A stretch of 64,000 nucleotides of DNA. Origin: an uncultured delta proteobacterium. GTDB taxonomy: Bacteria; Myxococcota_A; Polyangia; Polyangiales; Polyangiaceae. The first letter of the stretch is position 1; each line of letters starts with the position of its first letter. Positions 1 to 8,720 of the stretch are shown one piece after another. Under the pieces are notes generated by a model, which was not told the DNA's origin, did not search any database, and saw only the letters and a program-made list of their open reading frames with translations. Made by a program: the position numbers and the translations under genes. Where the stretch lies: positions 2,912,001 to 2,976,000 of the forward strand of contig CAWDXG010000004.1 in NCBI GenBank assembly GCA_963806225.1, read 5' to 3'.

Positions 1-13
1 GGCGTGGGGCGAC

Positions 14-1063
14 GTGATCTGGCAGCTCTGGCAGCACAACAAGAGCGTGCCGGGCGCCGCTCCGGTACTGATGGCGCAGGCCGTCATCGGCAGCATCGGC
101 GATCCATGCGCCAGTGCGGGCTCGGACGGCAAGAGCTGCGACGACGGCAACGCCTGCACCGTGGGGGATGTGTGCGCGAGCGGCGCCTGCGTGCCTGGCA
201 GTGGGGTGGTGTGTGCACCACTCAACCAGTGCCACGTCGCCGGCACCTGCAACACGACGACCGGACAGTGCGACAATCCGCTCAAGGCCAACGGCAGCGC
301 GTGCAACGATGGCAGCGCGTGCACAACGGGTGACAGCTGCCAGAACGGCAGCTGCGTGCCCGCGAGCAGCGTCGTGTGCGCCGCGCTCGACGAGTGTCAC
401 GTCGCGGGCACGTGCGGTCCGTCGAGCGGGGTATGCGACGATCCTGCGCAGCCTGACGGAACCCCGTGCACAGGTGGCGCATGCGCCGGCGGCGTGTGCG
501 TGCTCGATGGCGGCAGCGGGGGTTCGGCCGGCAGCGGGGGTTCGGCCGGCAGCGCGGGTGTGGGCGGCAGCGCAGGACTCGGCGGCAGCGCAGGACTCGG
601 CGGCAGCGCAGGACTCGGCGGCAGCGCAGGACTCGGCGGCAACGCGGGCGCCGGCGGTGCGGCGGGCAGCAGCGGCAGCGCGGGCGCCGGCGGCAGCGCG
701 GGCGTCGGCGGCAGCGCGGGGCTCGGCGGCAGCGCGGGCGTCGGCGGAACCACCGGCAACGATTCGGGGTTCGGCGGAAACGCGGGCCTGGGCGGAACTG
801 CTGGCATCGACTCGGGCCTCGGCGGCAGCGCAGGCCTTGGTGGTGGCGGCGTAAACATGGGCGGAGGCGCCGGTCAGCTCGTGGATTCCGGCGCGGACGC
901 CACGGGCGGTGCAGCGGCCTCGAGCGGCAGCAAAGGCGGCTGTGGCTGCTCGACGCCGGGCGAGGCACCTGGCTCCGGCGGCGTCGTCCTGCTGTGGCTC
1001 GGCCTTGTTGCTGGACTGACACGGAGGCGACGAGCGCTTCTGCGCGAGCGAATCGGCATGTAG
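14..1063 (+). CDS. Cys-rich repeat surface protein with Gly-rich linker and MYXO-CTERM anchor (probably 5'-partial)
   Basis: CDDGNACT-type repeats, GGSAGL linker, C-terminal GCGCSTPG...VVLLWLGLVAGLTRRRR; the frame is open to the window edge. Confidence 0.85.
   Translation: MIWQLWQHNKSVPGAAPVLMAQAVIGSIGDPCASAGSDGKSCDDGNACTVGDVCASGACVPGSGVVCAPLNQCHVAGTCNTTTGQCDNPLKANGSACNDGSACTTGDSCQNGSCVPASSVVCAALDECHVAGTCGPSSGVCDDPAQPDGTPCTGGACAGGVCVLDGGSGGSAGSGGSAGSAGVGGSAGLGGSAGLGGSAGLGGSAGLGGNAGAGGAAGSSGSAGAGGSAGVGGSAGLGGSAGVGGTTGNDSGFGGNAGLGGTAGIDSGLGGSAGLGGGGVNMGGGAGQLVDSGADATGGAAASSGSKGGCGCSTPGEAPGSGGVVLLWLGLVAGLTRRRRALLRERIGM
563..634 (+). repeat. 18-bp tandem repeat x4 (ggcggcagcgcaggactc) encoding a GGSAGL linker
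   Basis: Four perfect copies seen directly, with degenerate copies on either side. Confidence 0.9.
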
Positions 1064-1212
1064 CGTACGACCCCATGGAGAGGGTGACGGAGCTTGGCGA
1101 GGCCGAGCTGCTGACGCTGGCCGGCTTGCTGCCCTGTCTCGATAGCGGCGCAGGATGCAGCGGCAGAGCGCTTCGCGTCCGGCAGCGTCATGAGCGCCTG
1201 CGGTAGTGGCGC

Positions 1213-1704
1213 TCAGAACTGCAAGGTCACCTGCTCCGTGTCGCCGGGTCCGCACTCGGTGGCCGGCGGCGCGTGCACGTTCATGGCCAGATCCAGGGAG
1301 CCGTGCGCCACGCCGCCGGCGCGCGCCTCGACCGACTCGAGATCGAGCGCGAAGTAGCCCTGTGGCACCGACGTGCTCCCGGCGGACAGGATGCACGCGG
1401 ACTTGCTGGACCGGAGCGCGGAGGCGCTCCAGCTGGCGACGCTCGCGGGCGAATACGCGCCGGTTGCGGGCGCTGGTCCGAGATCGACGCGGAACGTCAG
1501 TGCCTGGAGCTCGGCCGTGCTGCCCTGCACCCGGAGCGAGTAGCCGCCACCGCTGGACGCCTCCAGCGTCGCGCAGTCTTTCCCGAGGTCGGCGGTCTCC
1601 ACGACGTTGCCGGACAGCGCGAGCTTGCAGGCGCGATCGGCCGGCGCGGGCGACGAGCAGCCAGCCAGCACGAGGACCAGGAAGATTGCAGCCGGTGCGC
1701 GCAT
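1213..1704 (-). CDS. Small lipoprotein, hypothetical (last gene of the leftward operon)
   Basis: MRAPAAIFLVLVLAG-C lipobox; ATG lies 8 bp downstream of the stop of the di-heme gene. Confidence 0.75.
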   Translation of the reverse strand: MRAPAAIFLVLVLAGCSSPAPADRACKLALSGNVVETADLGKDCATLEASSGGGYSLRVQGSTAELQALTFRVDLGPAPATGAYSPASVASWSASALRSSKSACILSAGSTSVPQGYFALDLESVEARAGGVAHGSLDLAMNVHAPPATECGPGDTEQVTLQF

Positions 1705-1712
1705 GGTGACCC

Positions 1713-3632
1713 TCACAGCGACCGCAGATACTCGACGAGCGCGCGCCGGTCGTCGGCGCTGTCGGGCGCGCCCGGCATCCTCTTGACGGCATCGTCGAGC
1801 GTCGCGGCGCTGCCGTCGTGCAGATACGGCGGCGTCGACGCGACGCCGTCGAGCGACGGCGTGTCGAACCCGCACGCCGTGCGTGGGTCCCCGTCGATGT
1901 CGTCATGGGCCACGTCGGGGAAAGGCCCCGACTTCACGCAGGTGCCGACGTCGTGCAGCGTGAGCGGCCCGGCGAGATCCAGCGTGGGGTTGCCAGCGCC
2001 GGAATCGGTGAAGCGCGGTCCCGAATGACAGCTGCCGCAGCCGGAGTCCGCGAAGACCTTCTTGCCCTTCTGGACCAGGGACGGATCCGTGGTGGGCGGC
2101 ACGGGAAGCGGAATGGCGTGGTTCACGTAGTCCGCGATCGCGTCGAGCAGATCCTTCTGGGCGACGGGGTCGAAGTTGCCGCCCTGCTCCACGTTTACCG
2201 TCTGGAAGTAGTCCTGGACCTGGGTGCGGTCCGCAGTGCGGAACAGGAAGCCGGTGCCGAGCATCCCGCCCGCATTGGAAGGCGTGTCACGCGGGCCCTG
2301 GGCGAACAGCCACGTGACCGCGTCGCTGCGCCCTTCCATGTGACAGGTCGCGCAGGAGATCCAGTGATCTGTCGTGACCGGGAACTCGGTGCTGTTGGCG
2401 GAGTTGAAGACGTGCTGTCCGAGCCGGAGCTGCTCCGGCATGGGATCCTTCGAGAGCCGCGCGATGGGAGCGCCGTCCACGCTCGCGTCGAGAACGGCCC
2501 CCGACTCGTCCAGATCGAGCACGGCGATGTCGCCCGAGATGCGCTCGTCGACGTACGCCCTCGTACCGTCCGGCGACAGCACGATGCCGTCGGGCATCGC
2601 GCCGGGCAGGGGGCGTACCAGGCCGATTTCCAGCCGTGTGCGCGCGTCGACGATCATCACGTCCTCGCTGTTGGTGTCGACCATCAGCAGATAGCGCCCG
2701 TCGTTCGTGAACGCGAACGCGTGCGGCCCCGACACCACGTCGGAGATCGAGCCGTCGATGCCGGGGATGTCCTGCGCGTCGGTGGAGAACGTCTGCTCCG
2801 CGCCCGCGACGAGCACCGAAAAGGCGGGAAACGCCGTCGACTCGAAGTCGAGGTCGGGTTGGGCGGTGTCCGTGCCGAGCAGCGTGTGCGCCACCCACAT
2901 CTCGCTCGAGCCCGGGCGCGGCGCGACGTTGTACAGGCCGCGCGCCTGGCCGTGGGCCAGCCGTTTGTCGCCGCGCGGCGCGACGTTGGCGATCGCGTGC
3001 GCGGCGACCCGCTTCATGGTTGCCGGGGAAATTTCCGCGGCGCCGGGACCGAGGAACTGGGTCGCGTAGAGCCGCTTTTCGTCCCGCGACCAGCCGAGGG
3101 CCCAGGGTTCGCCCGGTACGTCGACGCTCGCCGTGACCTCGAGCGCGCGCGTGTCGACCTCGACGACGCTGCCGTCCTCTGAGCAGGCGACGAAAGCGTG
3201 CTTCCCGTCGCTCGAAACCACCACGCCGATCGGCTCGCTGCCCACGCGCACGCTGCCCGTGACCTTGGCCGATTCGACGTTGACCGCGTAGAGCCTGCTC
3301 GAACGCTCTCCGGTTACGTACAGCGTCGCGCCGTCCGGCGAGAGCGCCACGTCGCGCGGCATCACCGCCGGCGTGTACGCGCCCGTGCCCGGGTCCACAG
3401 CGGGCGGCGAGGGCGCGAGCAGGATCTCCCGCTGTAGCTTGCGCTTGCCGACGTTGACGACGGACACCGAATCCGCCTCCGGATTGGCGACGAACAGCAG
3501 CCGTCCGTCGGACGACAGCGCCAGCGACGCCGAGTGCGTCGCGACGTGGTCGTGTGCAGAGGAAGTGTGCGGCGGCGCCGAGCACGCGCTGAACGCCAGT
3601 GCGAGAACCACGACGGGTCCCACGAGTCTCAC
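1713..3632 (-). CDS. Lipoprotein: YVTN/YncE-like beta-propeller fused to a di-heme cytochrome c (bCcP/MauG superfamily-like) domain
   Basis: GTG start overlaps the upstream stop (GTGA); LAFSA-C lipobox; SPDG propeller repeats; CATCH and CGSCH; C-terminal FDTPSL...PYLHDGSAATL. Confidence 0.85.
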   Translation of the reverse strand: MRLVGPVVVLALAFSACSAPPHTSSAHDHVATHSASLALSSDGRLLFVANPEADSVSVVNVGKRKLQREILLAPSPPAVDPGTGAYTPAVMPRDVALSPDGATLYVTGERSSRLYAVNVESAKVTGSVRVGSEPIGVVVSSDGKHAFVACSEDGSVVEVDTRALEVTASVDVPGEPWALGWSRDEKRLYATQFLGPGAAEISPATMKRVAAHAIANVAPRGDKRLAHGQARGLYNVAPRPGSSEMWVAHTLLGTDTAQPDLDFESTAFPAFSVLVAGAEQTFSTDAQDIPGIDGSISDVVSGPHAFAFTNDGRYLLMVDTNSEDVMIVDARTRLEIGLVRPLPGAMPDGIVLSPDGTRAYVDERISGDIAVLDLDESGAVLDASVDGAPIARLSKDPMPEQLRLGQHVFNSANSTEFPVTTDHWISCATCHMEGRSDAVTWLFAQGPRDTPSNAGGMLGTGFLFRTADRTQVQDYFQTVNVEQGGNFDPVAQKDLLDAIADYVNHAIPLPVPPTTDPSLVQKGKKVFADSGCGSCHSGPRFTDSGAGNPTLDLAGPLTLHDVGTCVKSGPFPDVAHDDIDGDPRTACGFDTPSLDGVASTPPYLHDGSAATLDDAVKRMPGAPDSADDRRALVEYLRSL

Positions 3633-6031
3633 GGCGTGCTCCGGTGGATGTGGAAGGTCACCGAGCCGGCCAGGGCCGCGGGCAGCTTGGCGTCGTCGAC
3701 CTCCGGCACGCAGTCGTGGTCGCGGTCGGACGTGGCGTTGCGCTGCCCCGGCAGGAACTGATCCTGCTTGCTGCCCGTCTCGCCGGTCAGCGTGCGCTCG
3801 GCCATCTCCAGGCCTCCTCGCGGCAGGCCGTCCAACACGACCACGCACTCGTCCGGCCAGTCGACGAGGCGGTTCTCGTCGCGGTCGTCCCAGCCGTTCA
3901 AGACGAGCTTGTCGAGCCGGCCCACGCGCGATTCGAGCAGCGGCTCGAGAGCCTGCTCTTCCGGCCGCACTGCGACCAGCTCGTACATGTCGCGCAGCGC
4001 GCTCGAGAGCAGCGCGAAGCGGAGCGGCGTGTACTCGACGCTGTCGGTCGGGGCAGGCGTGGCGTCGTAGATCCGCGCGTCCGCGTCGTAGAAGACGCCC
4101 TGCAACCGGTTGAAGACGGCGATCGCGCGCTCCCGGTACCTTACGTCCCCGGTGGCCAGATATGCCGCGAACAGACCACGCTCGGCGGCCGTGTGTGCGT
4201 CGAGCAGATCGTGGTCGTCGAGCCGCGAGCCCTTTTCGACATCCCATCCGTCCCAGGCCCGGCCGCTCTCGTCGGTCAGGTGATCGAACAACAGCCCCGC
4301 CTCGGCGCGCAGGATCTGCTGCATGCGTCCTATCAGCGTACCGCCCGGGGGCGGGTGGCCGGGCAGCGCGTCGAAGGGCGTCTTGCCGATGGCGGTGTCC
4401 GGTTTGTTGTTGGAATAGAGCTGGAGCTGCGAGCTCAGCGATCTGAGCGCGTTGCGCAGCGCCAGGATCGAATAGGCGACGGAGGTCGTGGAAACGGTCG
4501 CGCCGCGGCTCGGCGAGGCGCCCTTCATGGTCACGTCGTCGACGAGTAGATCCGACGCCGGATCGACGTGCAACCGATCCAGATCGACCAGAGCGACGCG
4601 CAACACGCCGAGCGCGCGGTCGTGCAGCGTGGGCTCGCCGTCCGCTTTCTGGTCGTCGGCCGGGAACGGATCGCCGTCGAAATAGGCCCGTGCCGGCTCG
4701 GACCCGCCCACGCCGGCGTTGGCCGTGTCGGTGAGCGCGTAGATCTCCGAGTAGCCGAGCACCATCCCGAGCAGGTCGAGCAGGTGGGTGTCAGGGCTCG
4801 AGAGCGAATACGCCGGGCGAAGAAAGCCGGAGCCGTCGTCCGTCTCCGTCACCTTGACCGCAGCGGGAAACCAGCGAAGCGGCGTCTCGTAGTCGTACGC
4901 CAGGGCCGCATCCAGCGACGCGAAGCCCGAGAGCGCCTTGCCGTCGCTCGTGCCGAGGTGCATCAGCCAGTCCTCGGCGCGGTCGTCGAGCTCCTCGATG
5001 AACAGCGCGGCCTGGAAGCCCTCGATATCGCTCGAGCCGAGGTAGGTGCCTGCTTTCGTGGCGGTCTTGCTGTTGTCGCGACCGACAACCTGGTTGTCCA
5101 CGCTTCCGACCTGGTCCAGTGCCGCGTCGTCGACTTCCGCGACCGGCGCTTCGGCGGAGTCGTGCATCACCTGCAGGTAGTTGATGACCCACAGCCCGTA
5201 CTTCCACGCGCTGAAGCCGTCGGCTCCGGGCGAGACGATCTTGTCGACCTGCTGGTCGCGGTTGGGCAGGTGCAGGCTCGTCGCGTCGCACTCGTAGTCG
5301 GCGCTGACCAGCGAGCCGGTGGCGCCGGGATCGTCGTCCGAGCTGATCGTGCAGCCGAGAACCGCGGCACTCGTCGCATCGATCGCCGGATCGAAGCTCC
5401 GGAACACATGCGCGGTCGGCCAGATGCCTGGCCAGCCGAGCGGATTGTCCGCGGGCTTTCCCTTGGCGAGCGAGTTCCGGTTGCCGTTGCGCGGGTTGTC
5501 TGCGGGGTATGTTCCAGCGGGAAAGACGAAGCGCCCGAACGCGTGGCTCGCTTCGGCGAAGTGCTGGATCCTGTCGGCGAGCAGACCGACGGCTTCGGCG
5601 CCGGAGCGGCCGTCGGGATTGACGAGCGGTCCGTAGACGAGCGAGGTTCCCGCGCCCGACTCGAACGCGATGTTGTTCATCGGCTGCTTGGAGTACTCGT
5701 AGCTCTCCACGCCTGTGGAGAAGCCGGGCAGATCGATCCAGGGTCCGATCGCGCCCGGTGATCGATCGAAGTAGATGTCCGTCGGCACGTGGTCGCGGCT
5801 GTATCCGCCGAGATCGCGCCCCATGGCCTCGGCGAACGGCTCGCCGGAGATCTGCATCTCGGCGCCGGCCAGGAATGCGTCCCGGGTATCGAAGCGGGTG
5901 CTGCCCACGCTGGCCGTGATGCTGGCCGTCTGCAGCTTCAGGCCGCCATCGGTGTGGGAGGCCGTTCCGGCGGGCTCTTTCGCCGAGCAGGCGCCGCAGA
6001 GGCCAAGGATGAAAATGATTTTCATTTTCAT
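3629..6031 (-). CDS. Large acidic lipoprotein of about 800 aa, unknown function; C-terminal helical region and Ca-binding-like loops
   Basis: MKMKIIFILGLCGA-C signal; long intact ORF; AYLATGDVRYRERA resembles six-hairpin barrel repeats; DDRDENRLVD and DRDHDCVPE loops; start could be 6025, 6031 or 6037. Confidence 0.8.
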   Translation of the reverse strand: MKMKIIFILGLCGACSAKEPAGTASHTDGGLKLQTASITASVGSTRFDTRDAFLAGAEMQISGEPFAEAMGRDLGGYSRDHVPTDIYFDRSPGAIGPWIDLPGFSTGVESYEYSKQPMNNIAFESGAGTSLVYGPLVNPDGRSGAEAVGLLADRIQHFAEASHAFGRFVFPAGTYPADNPRNGNRNSLAKGKPADNPLGWPGIWPTAHVFRSFDPAIDATSAAVLGCTISSDDDPGATGSLVSADYECDATSLHLPNRDQQVDKIVSPGADGFSAWKYGLWVINYLQVMHDSAEAPVAEVDDAALDQVGSVDNQVVGRDNSKTATKAGTYLGSSDIEGFQAALFIEELDDRAEDWLMHLGTSDGKALSGFASLDAALAYDYETPLRWFPAAVKVTETDDGSGFLRPAYSLSSPDTHLLDLLGMVLGYSEIYALTDTANAGVGGSEPARAYFDGDPFPADDQKADGEPTLHDRALGVLRVALVDLDRLHVDPASDLLVDDVTMKGASPSRGATVSTTSVAYSILALRNALRSLSSQLQLYSNNKPDTAIGKTPFDALPGHPPPGGTLIGRMQQILRAEAGLLFDHLTDESGRAWDGWDVEKGSRLDDHDLLDAHTAAERGLFAAYLATGDVRYRERAIAVFNRLQGVFYDADARIYDATPAPTDSVEYTPLRFALLSSALRDMYELVAVRPEEQALEPLLESRVGRLDKLVLNGWDDRDENRLVDWPDECVVVLDGLPRGGLEMAERTLTGETGSKQDQFLPGQRNATSDRDHDCVPEVDDAKLPAALAGSVTFHIHRSTP

Positions 6032-6037
6032 TTTCAA
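6009..6037. promoter_or_regulatory. Fur box: perfect palindrome ATGAAAATGATTTTCAT (6009-6025) plus two extra TTTCA(T/A) hexamers
   Basis: 8-1-8 palindrome matching the deltaproteobacterial consensus WTGAAAATNATTTTCAW; 15/19 match to the E. coli box; AT-rich island in GC-rich DNA at a divergence point. Confidence 0.75.
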
Positions 6038-6156
6038 GAGAAGTGCCCTACTCTCCGGCCTGTGTCAACGGACCAGCCGCCTCGGGAGCGCCCTTCTCCG
6101 CGCCATGCCGCAAGCGGCCGGAGCTGCGGCTCGCGCCGCACGCGACGGGGCCTTCC

Positions 6157-7314
6157 ATGCGCGGGTTGAGGTGGAGAAGCCTGCTCGCCGAGCAGCGCCG
6201 GATGCGCCTGGCGCTGGGCGCCGCTCTGGTCGCCGTAGCGCCGCTGGGCGTCGCAGTCGCGTGTGGCGAGTCGTCGCCCGGTGCGCACAATACGACTCCG
6301 CGCGACGGAGCCGCCGACGCCGCGTCGCCCGACGGCGGCAGCCCGCACGCCGATGCGGCCATCGCGGTGGACGCCGACGCCGAGAGCGCCTGCCTCATCA
6401 CCAGTGGGCTGCGCGACGCGGCTACCGACACCGGTCCCGACGCCGACGCCGACCCCGGCTGCTGGTACCGCCTGCCTTGCGGTTTCGCCGATAGCGGTCT
6501 CGTCGTCGTCGGCTGCGACCTTTACAAGCCCGATCCGCCCGACGCGTCGCTGGCTGACCGCACGTTCTTCGGTTGCAGGTTGGCGCAGGGGAAGGGATGC
6601 GAAGGCGACGCGTTCGCGCCGGGCCCGAACGGCGCGGTCATGCTCGAGTGCACGGACTGCATCGGCGGAGGCGGACGCCGTCCGGCGGGTCTGGAGGAGC
6701 CGCCCGCTGTCGCGGCAGCCGACGCCCTCGGCGCCTACTTCGGCAGCATGGCGCACGAGGAGGCTGCCAGCGTGATCGCCTTCGATCGCCTGCGCGACGA
6801 GCTCCTCTTGTGGGGCGCGCCGGCCTTTCTGATCGGTGGCGCCGAGCAGGCGCGCCAGGACGAAATCAGGCATGCACGGATCATGGCGCAGCTTGCCCGG
6901 CAGCACGGCGCTCGCATCGCAACGCCCCGTGTCCGCGGCGAGAACGAGAGAACACTCGAAAGCATAGCGCACGAGAACGCCATCGAGGGCTGCGTCCACG
7001 AGACCTACGGCGCGGCTCTCCTCGCCTGGCAGGCACGCTTCGCGACGGACCATTCATTCGGTCGGATATTCGCCGTCCTTGCCGAGGACGAGGCACGTCA
7101 CGCCGCGCTTTCCTGGGCGGTGGCGCGCTGGCTGGACACGCGCCTGGATAGCAGGGCACGCGTGCGCATCACGCGTGCGCGCCACGATGCAGTCCAGGCG
7201 CTGCGCTCGCGTCTGCAGAAGGCGACCGGATATTCCTGTGATGCCCTTGTTGGGCGTCCCACGTCATCACAGGCACTTGGTCTGCTCGAGGCACTCGAAA
7301 AGCAACTCTTGTAA
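6157..7314 (+). CDS. Ferritin-like (di-iron carboxylate) domain lipoprotein
   Basis: HEEAASVIAF, DEIRH, ENAIEGCVHET and DEARH motifs; N-terminal RR...GVAVA-C lipobox; start uncertain. Confidence 0.85.
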   Translation: MRGLRWRSLLAEQRRMRLALGAALVAVAPLGVAVACGESSPGAHNTTPRDGAADAASPDGGSPHADAAIAVDADAESACLITSGLRDAATDTGPDADADPGCWYRLPCGFADSGLVVVGCDLYKPDPPDASLADRTFFGCRLAQGKGCEGDAFAPGPNGAVMLECTDCIGGGGRRPAGLEEPPAVAAADALGAYFGSMAHEEAASVIAFDRLRDELLLWGAPAFLIGGAEQARQDEIRHARIMAQLARQHGARIATPRVRGENERTLESIAHENAIEGCVHETYGAALLAWQARFATDHSFGRIFAVLAEDEARHAALSWAVARWLDTRLDSRARVRITRARHDAVQALRSRLQKATGYSCDALVGRPTSSQALGLLEALEKQLL

Positions 7315-7324
7315 CGGTTGGAAG

Positions 7325-7888
7325 ATGAGCCAAGAGACTATTCAATTTCCCAACAGGACGAATTGGCTACGAATATCGTTGCTGGCCGTTGCGCTTGCCG
7401 GTGTGGGCTGTGGTGGCGCAGCTCCAGCACCCCAAGGCTCCTCGGCCACATTCCTGGCGTTCGCTAGCGACTTCCGCGGCTACCACAGCTGGCAGCGCTA
7501 CGACGTGACCGACGGTGCAGCGCTCGCCGGCATTCACGACGGAAGCACGGTCACCGAGTACGTCGATTCGCTGCCTCCGCACGGGAGCACGGCGTTTCCG
7601 GTCGGAACGATCATCGTCAAGGAAGCCACCGGCGGCACGATCCCGCACGAGATCTTCGCGGCCGTGAAGCGCGGCGGCGGTTACAACTCCGGCGCACCCG
7701 GGTGGGAGTGGTTCGACCTGGCGAATCTCGACGATGGGACCGACGGCGTCCGCATCGTGTGGCGCGGCGCGGCCCCGCCCGCAGGCGACACCTACGGAGG
7801 CGACGCGGCCGGCGGCTGCAACAAGTGCCACGCCACCTGCGGCAACGACGCGATCTGCGCGAAGCCCCTCTCGCTCGACAATTTCTGA
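7325..7888 (+). CDS. Cytochrome P460 / c'-beta family lipoprotein
   Basis: LAGVG-C lipobox; FPVGTIIVKE, VKRGGGY...GWEWF and C-terminal CNKCH. Confidence 0.75.
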   Translation: MSQETIQFPNRTNWLRISLLAVALAGVGCGGAAPAPQGSSATFLAFASDFRGYHSWQRYDVTDGAALAGIHDGSTVTEYVDSLPPHGSTAFPVGTIIVKEATGGTIPHEIFAAVKRGGGYNSGAPGWEWFDLANLDDGTDGVRIVWRGAAPPAGDTYGGDAAGGCNKCHATCGNDAICAKPLSLDNF

Positions 7889-7898
7889 GACTGGTCCG

Positions 7899-8720
7899 AT
7901 GGAGCTCCGCTTCTGGTTGTGCGGCGTGGCCGCAGCGCTGGCGGTATCCGCGACGGGTGTGCGCGCCGTGGCGAATCCCAGACCGCTTCCGTTCACCTAC
8001 CAGCACGAGCAGGTCGGGCAGGACGCGACGGAGCTCGAACAGTACGTCGATCTGGTGCCCGTCCGGGCGCGCTCCGCCTCGAGCGGCGATCCCGTGTGGT
8101 ATGGGCTCAGCCAGTTCCAGACCGAGTTCGAGCACGGCCTCACGGACCGCCTCGAGCTCGGTCTCTACGTGACGCTCGTTCCTGCTCCCACCAGCGGGTT
8201 CGCGTCGATTCCGCGCGGTACGGAAGGCAACGGGATGAAGCAGCGGCTCCGCTACCAGCTCGCGCCTACCGGCGACTGGCCCATCGACGTCGCGCTGTAC
8301 GGCGAGGTGTCCGAGAACGAGCGCGAGGTGGAGTTCGAGGGGAAGGTGATCCTGCAGCGGCGGCTGGGGCCGCTCAGGCTCATCGCCAATGCCACCGCGG
8401 AGCAGGAGCTCTACTACGACGGCACGCGCGATTTCGTGCTGACGCCTTCAGCCGGCGCGACGGTGGAAATCACGCCCGTAGTCCAGCCGGGCCTCGAATG
8501 GTGGATGCGCGCCGAGTATCCCGAGCAGCATCCGCCCTCGCCGCGTCCCTTCGGGCTTGGACCGCACCACTATCTGGGGCCAGCGCTGCTGCTCGAATTC
8601 GGACAGGTCTGGTGGTCGACCGGCGTCTACTTCCGCCTGGGCGATCGCAACCACACTCTGGAAGCTGGTGAAACCTTCGGCAACATCTGGGCGCGCAGCG
8701 TGGTCGGCATCGGTCTCTGA
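7899..8720 (+). CDS. Putative outer-membrane beta-barrel protein (DUF6662-like)
   Basis: Signal peptide; PRPLPFTY, TEFEHGLTDRLELGLY; alternating beta-strand pattern; C-terminal VGIGL. Confidence 0.65.
   Translation: MELRFWLCGVAAALAVSATGVRAVANPRPLPFTYQHEQVGQDATELEQYVDLVPVRARSASSGDPVWYGLSQFQTEFEHGLTDRLELGLYVTLVPAPTSGFASIPRGTEGNGMKQRLRYQLAPTGDWPIDVALYGEVSENEREVEFEGKVILQRRLGPLRLIANATAEQELYYDGTRDFVLTPSAGATVEITPVVQPGLEWWMRAEYPEQHPPSPRPFGLGPHHYLGPALLLEFGQVWWSTGVYFRLGDRNHTLEAGETFGNIWARSVVGIGL

Noticed and set aside
563..760. Tandem repeats as a CRISPR array
   Set aside because: No spacers; 18-bp in-frame units encode a Gly-rich linker; no cas genes in the window.
1713..3632. Naming the di-heme protein MauG, MbnH or nitrite reductase NirS
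   Set aside because: No mau or mbn neighbours. The order here is propeller then two hemes, unlike NirS. Only a superfamily-level call is supported.
3633..4247. N-terminal extension of the 844-aa ORF
   Set aside because: Arg-rich shadow reading that overlaps the 802-aa gene; the lipoprotein signal begins at GTG 3632.
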